This document shows positions 28,901 through 42,129 of a stretch of 64,000 bases of DNA, in pieces. A model generated the notes under the pieces. The model saw only the letters and a list, made by a program, of their open reading frames with translations, did not search any database and was not told the origin of the DNA. Made by a program: the position numbers and the translations under genes. The stretch is from the human T2T-CHM13v2.0 reference genome, Homo sapiens, in assembly GCF_009914755.1 (NCBI RefSeq), contig NC_060940.1. One strand, 5' to 3'. Position 1 is the first letter of the stretch; each line of letters starts with the position of its first letter.

Positions 28901-29169
28901 GCAATTAGTGCCAAAACTCTGAGTGTGGTTGAATTTACCAGATGCTTTGTTTTGCAACAGGAAGTCAAACACAGTGAGAGGAGACAGTTGTACAGAGACT
29001 GCCAGCCCTGATTCAGGTCGGGCATGTCTGTGTCTGAACAACCTCTACCCAGAGGCCAGAGCAGCCAAGCAAGATTGTGCTCGTTTGCTTGTTTGAAGGC
29101 TAGAAATGGGGTAGTAAATCCTGCTCCAGGTAGCCCAGCTCAAAAAGAAGTTATTTTCCAAAGCCGTCC

Positions 29170-29860
29170 GTGCCTTAGGTGCACACACTATTTTAATGAT
29201 ATTTCTTCTTTTCTGATTGCAACTGTAATGCATACTTATGGTGGAAACTACCACCAAGCATAAAGAAAACACAATTGTTTCTGGTTCCCACTTCTCCATG
29301 GTAACCACCAATAAATTTTGTATCTTTCCATCTAGCATTTTTTCTCTCTCTCTTTCTCTTGGTCTCTATCTCTCATCTAAATTCTCTGAGTCTTTGTTTC
29401 CTTTTCTGTAATATGGGAATAAAAGCACCTACCTTTTAGAGTTACATAATGGATGCTTAATAAATTACATTACACTTATTATTCAACTATGATTGTGTTT
29501 ATTTTTTCCACTTGACATTCTATAATGAACATTTTCCATGTGTCATTAACTACTCTTCAAAAACATGACTTTTAATAGCTGCATAATGCACCATCATTTA
29601 ATGAACCATAATTTATTTAACTATTCTCCTATTATTGAGCTTTGAAGTGTTTTCTAATATTTTGCTATTGGAAATAACACTGAGTACTTAAATCTTATTT
29701 TTTTAATGTCTGAATTTTTTCTTAGGATAGATTTCCAAAAGAGAAATGACAAGGACAAAGAGTTTAAACATTTTAAGGTTTTTTATGCATGTTGTTAAAT
29801 TATCTTTCCAGGGTGGGGTGGGAAGTGTATACTTCCAATAGCGTTGCCAGCATTAAAAGT
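29170..29860 (-). mobile_element. L1ME remnant
   Basis: TTTAATAGCTGCATAAT...CCATAATTTATTTAAC...TTAGGATAGATTTCC. Confidence 0.7.
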
Positions 29861-30619
29861 TACTTAAACACATGTCAGAGATGTACATGTGTCAGCATAT
29901 AAATTAATGGGAATGGTGAAAAGATAAAATTCATTGTAGATTTCAAAATCCATTAAGCCTTTTGGGTATATACAACGCATTAAACTCTTTAAGAGAAGAG
30001 ACTCAGAAATGTGGATGTATTTTCTCATCACTGTTCACTAGCTAAGAAACTTTCATGAGGAGAAAGACATAATTTCTCATTGGCAGGTTGCTAATATTAC
30101 TCCATATCTTGAAAAACCTTCCACTCTTCTGGTTCCTATTGCTAAATTCCAATCATCCTGAAGGGGATTGATAATTGTGGCAATTGTACAAAATGATTGC
30201 TACCTGTAGAGGCAATCACTTCCATCTCCTGCAGAACTGATGAGCAATTCATTATCAAGGATTTAATTGCTATAAACCTGTGAGGAAAAGGGATTTCTCA
30301 TATGATTTCCAGGATTTTGTGCATCCGACCCTCCTTGGCTCCAAATTAGCTTTCGTGAATAGGAATTTGAAATCAGGCTGTGGCAGGAGGGTAATCACAC
30401 AGTGGAGGTGCTGTGGAAATATTTGCATAATCTGTCTTGAACTTATGATGTTACCTTTAAATAGGATGCTGCACCCATGAGTGGGGTAGAATCTTCTTGA
30501 ATAATTATGACAATTCCGGCAGCAAGCCCACAGCTGGCTTCAGTCAGAAATGCAAAAAAAAAAAGAAAAAATTAGTTAAAAATAAGGCATATTAAGAGTT
30601 ATGATGAGGCTTAGAAGCT

Positions 30620-30850
30620 TACTGGTTAGAGCCAGAACTCTGGACTCAGACTGCCTGGATTCAAAGCCTGCCTCCATTTCCCAGCCCTTACTAGATGAAC
30701 CTGAATAAGGCAGACATGTCCTGCACAATTCTCAGTAGGAATGGTGCTGATAACAGTGCCTGCCTCACATAATTGCTGCAAAGATTATCTTAGAATACCC
30801 ATGTAAAGCCTCAGGCATGGAGCCCACATAAAGTAATATTATTCCTAAGG
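30620..30850 (+). mobile_element. MIR
   Basis: GGTTAGAGCC..CTCTGGACTCAGACTGCCTGGATTCAAA. Confidence 0.75.
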
Positions 30851-31310
30851 TATCTTGAAAGTTTCTTTCATTTTCCGAATTTGAATTTGCCCATGGATCT
30901 CAAGTATTTTCACCAGGAAAAACTATATTTTTAAAATTATCAGGTCTCTCTGCATGGACTCCTTGTTTTAAGAGATTGCAATGAGAAAATGTGGAATATC
31001 ACTTATTAATGACCCACTGTGTGTCAGAAACAATATATTATGACATTTAATTTTTACCGACTACTTTTTAAGATAGGTGTCATTTTGTCTATTTTTATGT
31101 GATACTGTTGTGAGCCAAGCTTCAAATCCTGGTTCTCTATTGATTACCCATGTGATTTAGGGCAAGTGACCTCTCTAAGCCTCATTTTCCTCATCTGTGA
31201 AGTGGGAATAATAGTAGCCTCCACCTCACCTTACAATGGTGGCTGGCACACAGTAAGTGCTGAGATTATGCCAGATCTTATTATTATTTGTTAGTGAAAA
31301 ACTGAGACTA

Positions 31311-31606
31311 GCCTCAGTGTCTCACACCTGTAGTCCCAGCACTTTGGGAGGCCGAGGTGGGCAGATTACCTGAGGTCAGGAGTTCGAGACCAGGCTGGCC
31401 AACATGGTGAAATCCCGTCTCTACTAAAAATGCAAAAAAATTAGCTAGGCATGGTGGCAGGCACCTGTAATCCCAGCTACACGGGAGGCTGAGGAAGCAG
31501 AATCACTTGAATCCGGGAGGTAGAGGTTTCAGTGAGCCGAGATTGTGCCACTATACACCAGCCTGGGCGATAAGAGTGAGACTCTGGCTCAAAAAACAAA
31601 CAAACA
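31311..31606 (+). mobile_element. AluS nested in a reverse MIR
   Basis: Near full dimer; TSD AAACTGAG. Confidence 0.93.
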
Positions 31607-32207
31607 AACTGAGGCTCATTCAGATAAGCGAAGTAATATTCCCAAGGTCACAAAACTTATTAGTGGCTGAGCCGAGATTTGAATCCACATCTGTCTAATC
31701 CCAAAATGATCTGTTTTACTATATCACGTTAACAAACTCTACTGTGGTAGAGAAACATCCATAATAATTCATTCATCCTCATAATCTTAACATCTAGTAA
31801 AATTGTAACTGCCAAACATTTTCTTACTGGTCCATCACAACCAGTGTTTTCAAGTTGTGCTGAAAGCAGTGACTCACTTTTCTCACCTGAAAGGAGTAGG
31901 TAATAATGCTTTCCTTGCAGTTTTTTCCAGGCTTAGAAGTGACTATTAAAAAATAATATTTTCTTGCTAACTAGTAGCCATTATTTTTGTTTTATAATTC
32001 CAGCCTATAGAAATAATGATAAATGACGCTTTATTCTGTGTAGTTTATTGTTGATAAATGTGAATTTTCTGGGTTTTTTTTTTGTAAAATAAAGGTAATA
32101 GACTAAGAATTGTCATCTCTGCAATCAAGGACCCTTGTCATCTACGTACTTTAGCTTGGGAACCACTGTAGTAGAAACTGTTAGTAACTATGTATTAGAA
32201 CTGTGCC

Positions 32208-32240
32208 TGCAATTTGTGTATTTGCCACTAGGTGACAAAT
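32208..32240 (+). promoter_or_regulatory. Candidate CTCF site with upstream motif
   Basis: Core TGCCACTAGGTGACA plus TGCAAT at the known upstream-motif spacing. Confidence 0.45.
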
Positions 32241-33530
32241 GTCTCTTCCTGCTTAGGCCGATTACCATTTCTCCAGGCACAGGTAACTAGAGAAAGCAAA
32301 ATTTAGCACATGGTCCAGTTTGGACGTTCATCACTACATTAGCCATGTATCTTGGCTAAAGACCAAATATGACTAATTTTTATAAATCAAGAGTAACTAC
32401 TAATAAATCAATTAATTAAGCAGATTGTAGTTGCACCCAAATAAAGTCATTCATAAGTAGAAATAAGACCCTTGTACTTCTCCATAAATTCTTTGGGGAA
32501 ATTAGTCACTGAGATGAAACTGTATTGCTAGATATAGGGAATTCACACACAGTTGTGATATTCAAAACATTATTTCAAACAAAGAAGCGGAAATACCCAG
32601 AGTGAATAGAGACCTCAGCTTAAGATCACAAATACAACATGAGGAGAAGTAAATGAATATTGTTTACCTATTTCCTGGCTGCATTTGGCATTTTTCACAC
32701 ACATATTTTAAATTTAACTCTCATAACAGAGACTGTTGCTTGAAACCAAGATGAAATAACAGGGATCAGATTTACTCCTCTACCTGAAACAACTTAAAAA
32801 TGGGGTACAATAAAGGTAACATGTGTTTTCCAATATTGGACATCAGGGAGTACAAGTCAGTGATCACTGAAAGAAAGAAACAAAATCAGATAAGCCCCAC
32901 AAATTGCCTCTACTTATTACTGGAAGAGTTTTCAAGTTACAGTATAGGGAGGGAGGGGGGATTCAGGCAAAGTCCAGTAATTTCTCTGAATTGAGATAGA
33001 ATTGGAAGTTCAGAGAGACCAAGATAACTGCAGTTCACAGGGAAGAGTACAAAAAAGGAGAAGGTGAGGGTGGGGGCAGAGAGAGAGAGAGAAATCTGAA
33101 GAAATCCCTCTCAAGTCCTAGACTGAATACTGACCACCACATTTATGTGAAAAAACTATCCAAGTCTAGGACTTTTCCTAGACACCTGAGAGTGGCAGAG
33201 GGAACAATCCTAAGAGTTCAAAAGAGCCAGGAAAACTTCCTATTCCTGCCAGCCAGAGCAAAAAACTTCATAAAACACAGGGCACTGGGGAGAGTACTTA
33301 GAAGGGAACTGCCTGGAGAGTGGTGCAAAATTAGCCCTAGATTAAGGCCTGCTCTGGTCTCCATAACAAAGCATAAAAGCAAGCCTCAAAAGATTAAAGT
33401 GTTTCCAAGTAACCTAATTGCATCTTAGAACAAAGCTCAAGAATATTTATAGAAATACAAAATTATCCAACACCCAACAAGCTAAAATCACAGTATCTGA
33501 TACCTAAACAAAAATTACCAGGAATGCAAA

Positions 33531-35285
33531 TCCCTGGTAATTGCTGCAAAAAGAATAAAATACCTAGGAACACAGCTAACAAGGGACGTGAAGGACCTTT
33601 TCAAGGAAAACTACAAACCACTGATCAAGGAACTAAGAGAGGACACAAACAAATGGAAAACTATTCCACCCTCATAGATAGAATCAATATCGTGAAAATG
33701 GCCATACTGCCCAAATTAATTTATAGATTCAATGCTATTCCCATCAGACTACCATTGACATTCTTCACAGAATTAGAAAAAACTAGTTTAAATTTCATAT
33801 GGAACCAAAAAAAAGAGAGTCTGTATAGCCAGGACCATCCTAAGCAAAAAGAACGAAGCTGGAGGCATCATGCTACCTGACTTCAAACTATACTACAAGG
33901 CAACAGTAACCAAAACAGGATGGTACTGGTACCAAAACAGACATATAGACCAGTGGAACAGAACAGAGACCTCAGAAATAACACCACACATCTACAACCA
34001 TCTGATCTTCGACAAACCTGACAAAAACAAGCAATGGGAAAAGGATTCCCTATTTAATAAATGGTGTTGGGAAAACTGGCTAGCCATATGCAGAAAATTG
34101 AAACGGGACCCCATCCTTATACCGTATACAAAAATTAACTCAAGATGTATTAAAAACTTAAATGTAAAACCCAAAACTATAAAAACCCTGGAAGAAAACC
34201 TAGGCAATACCATTCAGGACATAGGCATGGGCAAAGACTTCATAATGAAAACACCAAAAGCAATTGCAACGGAAGCCAAAATTGACAAATGGGACCTAAT
34301 TAAACTAAAGAGCTGCTGCACAGCAAAAGAAACTAGCATCAGAGTGAATAGGCAACCTACAGAATGGGAGAAATATTTGCAATATACCCATCTGACAAAG
34401 ATCTAATATCCAGAATCTACAAGGAACTTAAACGAATTTACAAGAAATAACCAAACAATCCCATCAAAAGTGGGCAAAGGATATGAAAAGACACTTCTCA
34501 AAAGAAGACATTTATGCAGCCAACAAACATATGAGAAAAAGCTCAACATCACTGATCATTAGAGAAATGCAAATCAAAACCACAAGTCAGAATGGCAATT
34601 ATTAAAAAGTCAAGAAACAATAGATGCTGGCGAGGCTGTGGAGAAATAGGAATGTTTTTACACTGTTGGTAGGAATGTAAATTAGTTCAACCATTGTCAA
34701 AGACAGCGCAGCAATTCCTCAAGGATCTAGAACCAGAAATACCATTGACCCAGCAATCCCATTATTGGGTATATACCCCAAAAATATAAATCACTCTACT
34801 ATAAAGACATATGCACATGTATGTTTATTGCAGCAGTACTTACAATAGCAAAGACCTGGGACCAACCCAAATGCCCATCAGTGATAGACTGGATAAAGAA
34901 AATGTGGTACATACACACCACGGAATACTATGCAGCTGTAAAAAAGAATGAGATCATGTCCTTTGCAAGGACATGGATTAAGGTAGAAGCCATGATCCTC
35001 AGCAAACTGACACAGGAACAGAAAACCAAACACTGCATGTTGTTGCTCACAAGTGGAAGTTGAACAATGAAAACACATGGACACAGGGAGGAGGACAACA
35101 CACACCAGGGCCTGTTGTGGCAAAGGGAGGAAGAGTATTAGGACAAATACCTAATGCATGCAGGGCTTAAAACTTAGAAGGTGGGTTGATAAGTGCAGCA
35201 AACCACCATGGCACATGTATACCTATGTAACAAACCTGCATGTGCTGCACATACATACCAGAATGTAAAGTAAAATAAAATAAAA
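33531..35285 (+). mobile_element. L1PA, 5'-truncated (~1.75 kb), disrupted ORF2 C-terminus plus 3' UTR
   Basis: ORF2 peptides [44 protein letters not shown] and DWIKKMWYI with frameshifts and stops; AATGCAAA TSD-like flanks. Confidence 0.96.
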
Positions 35286-35287
35286 TA

Positions 35288-35573
35288 TTTTTTTTAACAA
35301 AGTCATGCTCTGTCACGCAGGCTGGAGTGCAGTGGCATGATCTCGGCTCACTGCAACCTCTGTCTCCTGGGTTCAAGTGATTCTCCTGCCTCAGCCTCCT
35401 GAGTAGCTGGGAATACAGGCAGGCACCACCACACTCGGCTAATTTTTGTATTTTTAGTAGAGATGGGGTTTCATCATGTTGGTCAGGCTGGTCTTGAACT
35501 CCTGACCTCATGACCTGCCCGCCTAGACCTCCCGAAGTGCTGGGATTATAGGCTTGAGCCACTGCACCCAGCC
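35288..35573 (-). mobile_element. AluS inserted antisense into the L1PA A-tail
   Basis: Reverse dimer with A-rich L1 tail on both sides. Confidence 0.93.
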
Positions 35574-37316
35574 AATTAAATTAAATTTAAAAAAAGGAAA
35601 AAGAAAAAATTTAAAAAAAGAAAATGCAAAGCATCAGGAAATATAATCAATAAGAGAATAAATAATCAATCAAACCAGACTCAGAAATGACACATATGGT
35701 AGAATTATTTAGACAAGGATATTAAAAGAATATTATAAGTGTATCTAATTTGTTCAGGAATGTGGAAGGAAAGTTGACTACATTAAGTAGAGACATGGAA
35801 GATATATAAAAGACCTAACCTGAACTTCCAGAGGTTAAAATTACACAGGAGGGGATCAACAGAAGATGAGACACTACAAAAGAAGATTAGCAAATTTGAT
35901 AACAGCAATAGAAACCTTCCACAGAGGCAAAAAAGAAAGAATAAAAGCAAAAGAGCATCAGCAAGTTGTGGTCAACTTTAATTGGCCTAATACATGTGTG
36001 ATTAGAGGCCCCAGAGAATGGGTAACAGAAAAATATTTAATGACCAAAAATTTTATGCTAACTATAAACCCATTGATCCAAGAAAAATGAAGAAAACCGC
36101 ATCGATACACGTCGTAACTAAATTGCTTAAAACCAGTGAAAAAGAGGAAATTATAGAAGCAGCTGGAGGAAAAAAAATACACATTATGTAAAAAGGAGCA
36201 AAAACAAGAACGACAAAGACAATTTTTAAAGAAATCTGATGATCAGGTATGGGGAAAATTTTTAAAATAATTATAGCAATCTTGTGAGAAACAACGCAAG
36301 CAAAAAGATTAGTGGAGTAGCTTTTTTAAAGTACTAAAGAAAAAAGTCTGTCAACCTAGAATTCTATACTCAGTGAGAATATCTTTCAAAACTGAAGGTG
36401 ATGGAGCAAGGAGGATATGGGAAATGTCTGCACCCCCTGCTCAATGTTGTTGTGAAACTACAAGTGTGCTAAAAAATAAAGTCTAGTAATAAGAAAAGAG
36501 TGAAATAAAGAACTTTCCAGACATACAAAATCTAAATAATTCAGCAGAAGTAGAATGACACTAAAATAAATGTTAAAGGAATTTCCTCAGGCAGAAGAAA
36601 CATGGTCTCAGAAACTTAAGGCTACATGAAAGAATGAAGAGGAGTACCAGAAATGGTAACTACATGGTGTATATACATGATTTTTTCTTATATTTTAAAT
36701 TTATTTAAAATGTAATTGACATTTTAAAGCAAAGCTAATACTACTCACAAAGATCTGTTATGTGGGTACCATTATCCCCATTTTAGAGCTAAGAAAACTA
36801 AGACTCATACGAGTGTCATACTTCCCCAGGGTCACAGATATGTTTGACAGCAAAGTCCTTGCCTCTCAAACAAGTTATATATGACCCCAACAGTGAAATT
36901 TGTCAACTTTCCTCATTATACACCAAGGTCTTATAGATAGGAAGCCTTGTCTTATCTATTTTAAATCTTCTTCCCTGTAGTACTTAATATAGAAACACAC
37001 CATAATAAATACTTGTTTAATAAGTTAATTAAGAAGAAAATATATTAGTCTCTAGGGAAGAATTTACCACCTTATTTTGGAAACATGACACAAAAAACAA
37101 TTTGAGAAAAATCCAAGATTAGGAATATTAAAAACAGCTATAATATACTGAGAGATTGTCAAATGTCTGGCACTGAACTTAGCATGTTTCACACATTGTC
37201 ATTTAATCCTCATAAAAACTCTATGAGAAGAGAAAGTACACCACAGATTAGATACACAACACCTTTAATGGACTGGATAACCTATGTCTTTCCATATTCC
37301 ATCAGTTGCCTGTGAC

Positions 37317-37544
37317 TTATCTTACCTTCCAATTGCATGGTAGGCTGCTCAAAAACCTTTCAAAGTTCTGCATGTTCTGCATGGAGACATCCCCTTCTGC
37401 AGAGGAAGTGTCTCGTCCAAGCTGATCTTCAACCCAGATAAACCACAGAGCTAATGGAGGGTCAGTAGGTGTGAACAAGGATTTGGCTTCTTACAGTGAA
37501 GCAAGATGGAAAATAAATGGCTTCCATGTTTGCACACAGGCAGG
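37317..37544 (+). repeat. Direct duplication copy (partner 39002-39220)
   Basis: Shared AGGCTGCTCAAAAACCT, CATGGAGACATCCCCTTCTGCAGAGGA, GAGCTAATGGA and CAGGCAGG. Confidence 0.92.
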
Positions 37545-37798
37545 ATTCCTGTCTTCATCAACAAATACGAGGTGAGGCAGAATGAAGGTTCATAATCACC
37601 CTGGACCTAGAAGCAGAAAGAACATGTTTTTAAATTTTTTTCCTAAGATTGAAACCACATTTTTGGAGAAAACCCCTACAGAAGAAGGAAAGAAGTTGGA
37701 GATTCAGGTCCTTGGTAATCAGGACCGAAGAGAGTATTTTGGTCCAAGATGAACTGAAAAGGTATTTGTGGGATGAGTAGAAGAATTATAGGGCCAGT

Positions 37799-38093
37799 AA
37801 CTGGGAGCAGTGGCTCACGCCTGTAATCCCAGCACTTTGGGAGGCTGAGGTGGGTGGATTGCCTGAGGTCAGGAGTTCGAGACCAGCCTGGCCAACATGG
37901 TGAAACCCCATCTCTACTAAAAATACAAAAATTAGCTGGGCATGGTGGCAGGCACCTGTAATCCCAGCTACTCGGGAGGCTGAGGCAGGAGAATTGCTTG
38001 AACCCGAGGCAGAGTTTGCAGTGAGCCAAGACTGTGCCACTGCACTCTAGCCTGGGAAACAGAGCAAGATTCCATCCCAAAAAAAAAAAAAAA
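37799..38093 (+). mobile_element. AluS
   Basis: Full dimer; TSD AATTA(T/C)AGGG. Confidence 0.94.
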
Positions 38094-38271
38094 TTACAGG
38101 GAAGGAGAGAAAGTCATAACTGATCACATACATCCATTATTTCATTTAGTTCAATAAATGCATGCTGGTACACAGTATGTGTGAGTTTCAAATATAGTCA
38201 ATAAAACTGACCTGTTCACTGTCCTCATAGAATTTACAGGGTAATGAGTAGGAAATAAATATGTATTGCTG

Positions 38272-38688
38272 ATGTGGTGATTTGATGTTATCCCCCACAT
38301 AGTCATGTCTATCCACAAATTTAGAATGTCTGCAGATATAATTATTTCAGTTGGGGTCATACTGGTGAGCCTTAAATCCAGTAGCTGGTATCTTTCTAAG
38401 AAGAGAAGAGGACATGCAGAGACACACATAGAGAAGAAGGCCACAAAGAAAAAAGCAGAGAGTGGAGTGATGCATCTACAAGCCCAGGGTCACACAGGAT
38501 TGCTGGTAACCATCGGAAGCTAAGAGACAAGCACGAAATTGACTCTCCTTCAGCGGGTCCAAAAGGAACTACCCTGAAGATACCTTGATTTCAGACTTCT
38601 GGTCTCCTAAACCATGAGAGAACAAATCATTATTCTAAGCCATCCAATTTGTGGTGATTTCTGGTGGCCATCCTAGGAAACGAATATG
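38272..38688 (+). mobile_element. MLT1B-like solo LTR
   Basis: GAGAAGAAGGCCA..GGAGTGATGCATCTACAAGCC..ACCTTGATTTCAGACTTCTGG..CTAGGAAAC. Confidence 0.82.
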
Positions 38689-39001
38689 GTTAGGTCACAA
38701 ATGTGCACATTATAACCAGGTTTCAAAGAAAGTGCACCACTTGTATCTCCTGAATTAGCCTGAAAATCCTCACAAATCCTTGTCCTGAGGGGTAGTGGTG
38801 AAAATTCAAATTTAGTTTAATCAAGTTAATTCAGTATGATCCAATACTTTAAACCATCCCTGAAGGCAACTCAATTTCTTTCAAGCTTTCCCAGTTTTCT
38901 CCCCTTCTCCTTATATGTCCCGTTCATTGAGTATCTGGATGGGGATCTGGAGGTGGAAGTACATGGCATTATGGTGGCAGAAAAGAGAAGGACCTCAGAT
39001 T

Positions 39002-39220
39002 CTATATTACCTCCCAGTTACATGGCAGGCTGCTCAAAAACCTCTCAAAGTTCTTCATGGAGACATCCCCTTCTGCAGAGGAGGTGTCTTGTCTAAGCTA
39101 ATCCTCAACTCAGATAAACGAGAGAGCTAATGGAAGGTTAGTGAGTGTGAACAGGGCTTTGGCCTCTTCCCACCATGCAAGGTGGAGAATAAATGTCCTC
39201 CATGTTTCCACCCAGGCAGG
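39002..39220 (+). repeat. Direct duplication copy (partner 37317-37544)
   Basis: Aligns to 37317-37544. Confidence 0.92.
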
Positions 39221-40004
39221 CACCATTTACAGAATCCCTGCTCTTCTGGTCTCCATGGCAATGCCCCTTATTGCCGGGTTGCTGAGCAGCTGCTGGCAGT
39301 CAAGGAGGAAGCCAGTCTGGTGAATTGCGCTCTGTGCTCTCCCAGCCCAGTCAGGACCTGTGATATGTCTCTCCCTGCTTCTCCCCAAGCTGTATATCCC
39401 TCTGACGCTGACCACTCCCACTTAGCTCCTAGGCCAGGGGAGCTGCCCTGCAACACACTACCATAGATCACTTTGCCTCTGGTGCAGCAACACCTAAGGC
39501 AAACTTCCTAGCCATTCTCAGCTAACCTCCAAATGCTCTCGGTGGTTCAGAAAAATTCTGGCTCCTTCCATTCCCCACAAGAGCCAAAGGAGGCTCAAGA
39601 TGCTATCTCAGACTAGCCAGACTTTACAACAGTGTGCCGCCGACCTGAGGCAGTCACCCCATGTTGACACATGGGAGACATCTTACAAATCCCTCTCCTC
39701 TCAGATGCCAAATAGGAAACAGGACCAGAAAAACCTCTTTTTTTGCTATCATCTTTTTCCTCAATCTATCTTGCTGATTTCCCCTCCCTGCACTTCATCC
39801 CAGAGAGTTTGATTAAGATGCATGTGTTTTATTACCTGCTCCATCGAGCTGCTAACTTGTTCCTTCCCAACCCACCTGAAATGACAGAAATGGGACTTCA
39901 GCTGCTTCTTCCTCTCTCTCCCCAGGATGTTCCCCATTCTACACCCTTCTGTTTCCAAAAGTAGCATCTTTATTTCCTCTTCCTCTAAAGATGTATTGAA
40001 ATAA

Positions 40005-40362
40005 TACTCTTAGTCCAGTTTATGTTGCTATAGCAGAAGACAACAGACTGCGCAATTTATAATGAACAGAAATTTATTTCTCACAGTTCGAGGTTAGGAA
40101 GTCCAAGATCAAAGGGCCAGCCTGTGGCGAGGGCCTTCTTGCTGCATCATTCCATGGTGGGAGGTGGAAGGGTAAGAGAGGATAAGAGAGAGGAAAAAAG
40201 GGGGTGAACTTTCCTAGGAAACCCACTTCCACAATAATCCCTTCATGAGAGCAGAGCACTCATGGGCTGATCGCCTCTCATTAGGCCCCACCTCCCAGAA
40301 CTGTTGCACTAGGGATTAAGTTTCCAATATATGCTTTTGTGGAGACAAATTCACATTATAGC
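40005..40362 (-). mobile_element. MST (C/D-like) solo LTR
   Basis: TCTTAGTCC..TTGCTATAGCAGAA..GAAGTCCAAGATCAA..GGGATTAAGTTTCCAA..ATAGCA. Confidence 0.82.
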
Positions 40363-40559
40363 AATTATTATTTATCACAAAAAAGAGAAAGAAAAAAACC
40401 TCTAAATTTTTCAAAATACCCTAATTACTTGAGTAAGCAAAGATGCAAGTAAAACATTTGATGAGTATTAAGAATAATGCTCATCAAATAAAACAGTGTA
40501 AATGGCAGAAAATAATCAAAGATTTCTTAAAATAGTTAACATATTGAAGGCATAGTAAG

Positions 40560-40850
40560 CCTCAATAATTTCTTTTAATTATTGTAGTTGTAGCATTCGT
40601 TGTAGCATTGTTATGGGTAATTCCACCATGAACCGTAGCAATTGATGAGATGTGAATTGATGAATGAGCCTGTTCACAGCTCAACGGGTGATGGGTAGAT
40701 GGCTTCACTGGTGCTTCAAGAAGTATTTCCAAACATAAATGCCGTTGCCAAAATGCCCACCACATCTTCAAAATCTGCACCAAGCACCATGTCTTTATAA
40801 ATTGTATTTCAGTAGCTACAGCTATAGCTATCTTTGTTTTTATCAGTTAT
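40560..40850 (+). mobile_element. Possible hAT (Tip100-like) transposon remnant
   Basis: Plus-strand frame 40714-40770 reads LQEVFPNINAVAKMPTTSS, resembling the hAT C-terminal FPNI...P.TS motif. Confidence 0.4.
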
Positions 40851-40856
40851 AACATA

Positions 40857-41232
40857 GGTATGAGTCTGTTCTCACACTGCTATGAAGAAATACCCGAGAC
40901 TGGGTAATTTATAAAGGAAAGAGATTTAATTGACTCACAGTTCCACAGGGCTGGGGAGGCCTCAGAAAACTTACAATCATGACAGAAGAGAAAGAATACA
41001 CGTCCTTCTTCACATGGTGGCAGGAGAGAAAAGTGACATGCAAAAGGGGGAAGAGCCCTTATGAAACCATCAGATTTTGTGAGAACTCACTCATTATCAT
41101 GAGAACAGTATGAAGGTAACTACCCCCATGATTCAATTACCTCCTACCGGGTCCCCATCCCCCATGACACTTGGGGATTATGTGAACTACAATTCCAGAT
41201 GAGATTTGGGTGGGGACACTCAAATCATATCA
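40857..41232 (-). mobile_element. THE1 (C/D-like) solo LTR
   Basis: GTCTGTTCTCACACTGCTATGAAGAAATACCCGAGACTGGG...GAGATTTGGGTGGGGACAC..CATATCA. Confidence 0.9.
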
Positions 41233-41599
41233 ACACCCCTTCATGAAAATGTACTGCAACCTAAAAACAGTAAGCTCTCTTGTCTCAGTCCATGGCACCT
41301 ATCCAGATGGAAGAAGGCCCAGAAACTCCAGGGCCATGAGAACCACAGCAAGAGCCATATCTGCAAGAACCAGGAGTAACTGGATGCTGGGATAATGCTG
41401 GTGACAGGCATGAAAACAAATGTCACCCACGTGATGTGGGAAGGTTGGTATGAGGCAACCCACATCAAGAGGAAACAGCAGCTTCTGCCCCACTGCTAAT
41501 TTTACAAACCTTGGTCAGTGAGCGCACAGATCAATAGTACCAAAACAAAGCTAGAGCTGCCATCATTGATGGTGATTGGGCACGTAAAAAGTTCTAGGG

Positions 41600-41908
<309 letters not shown>

Positions 41909-42129
41909 GTTATAGGGGAGGGAAAGCCCCTAAAGCAGTCCATCATCACAAAGACAAAATTCTTCAGCAGAAAAGCCAAGGAGAAGAGTAAAGGCATATG
42001 TATGTGGAGGGGAAGGGGTCTGCGTCCTGCTGGACTGAAGTCACAAGAAGTCGACTAAGTGATAATAAATGCTTTGAAAGATATTACCAGCGCAAGAGAT
42101 TAGCTGTTTTCCAATGCCCTGTCACATCT

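Larger units (their letters stand above)
32735..36740 (+). mobile_element. Old L1M 5' UTR/ORF1 region, split by a younger L1PA and an Alu
   Basis: ORF1-like TGTCAACCTAGAATTCTATACTCAGTGAGAATATCTTTCAAAA and CAGACTCAGAAATGACACATATGGTAGAATTA; sequence resumes after the L1PA tail. Confidence 0.7.

Noticed and set aside
33524-35063. ORFs of 118, 178 and 80 aa with clear protein similarity
   Set aside because: Fragments of L1 ORF2 in a 5'-truncated, frameshifted L1PA; not a host gene or an active element
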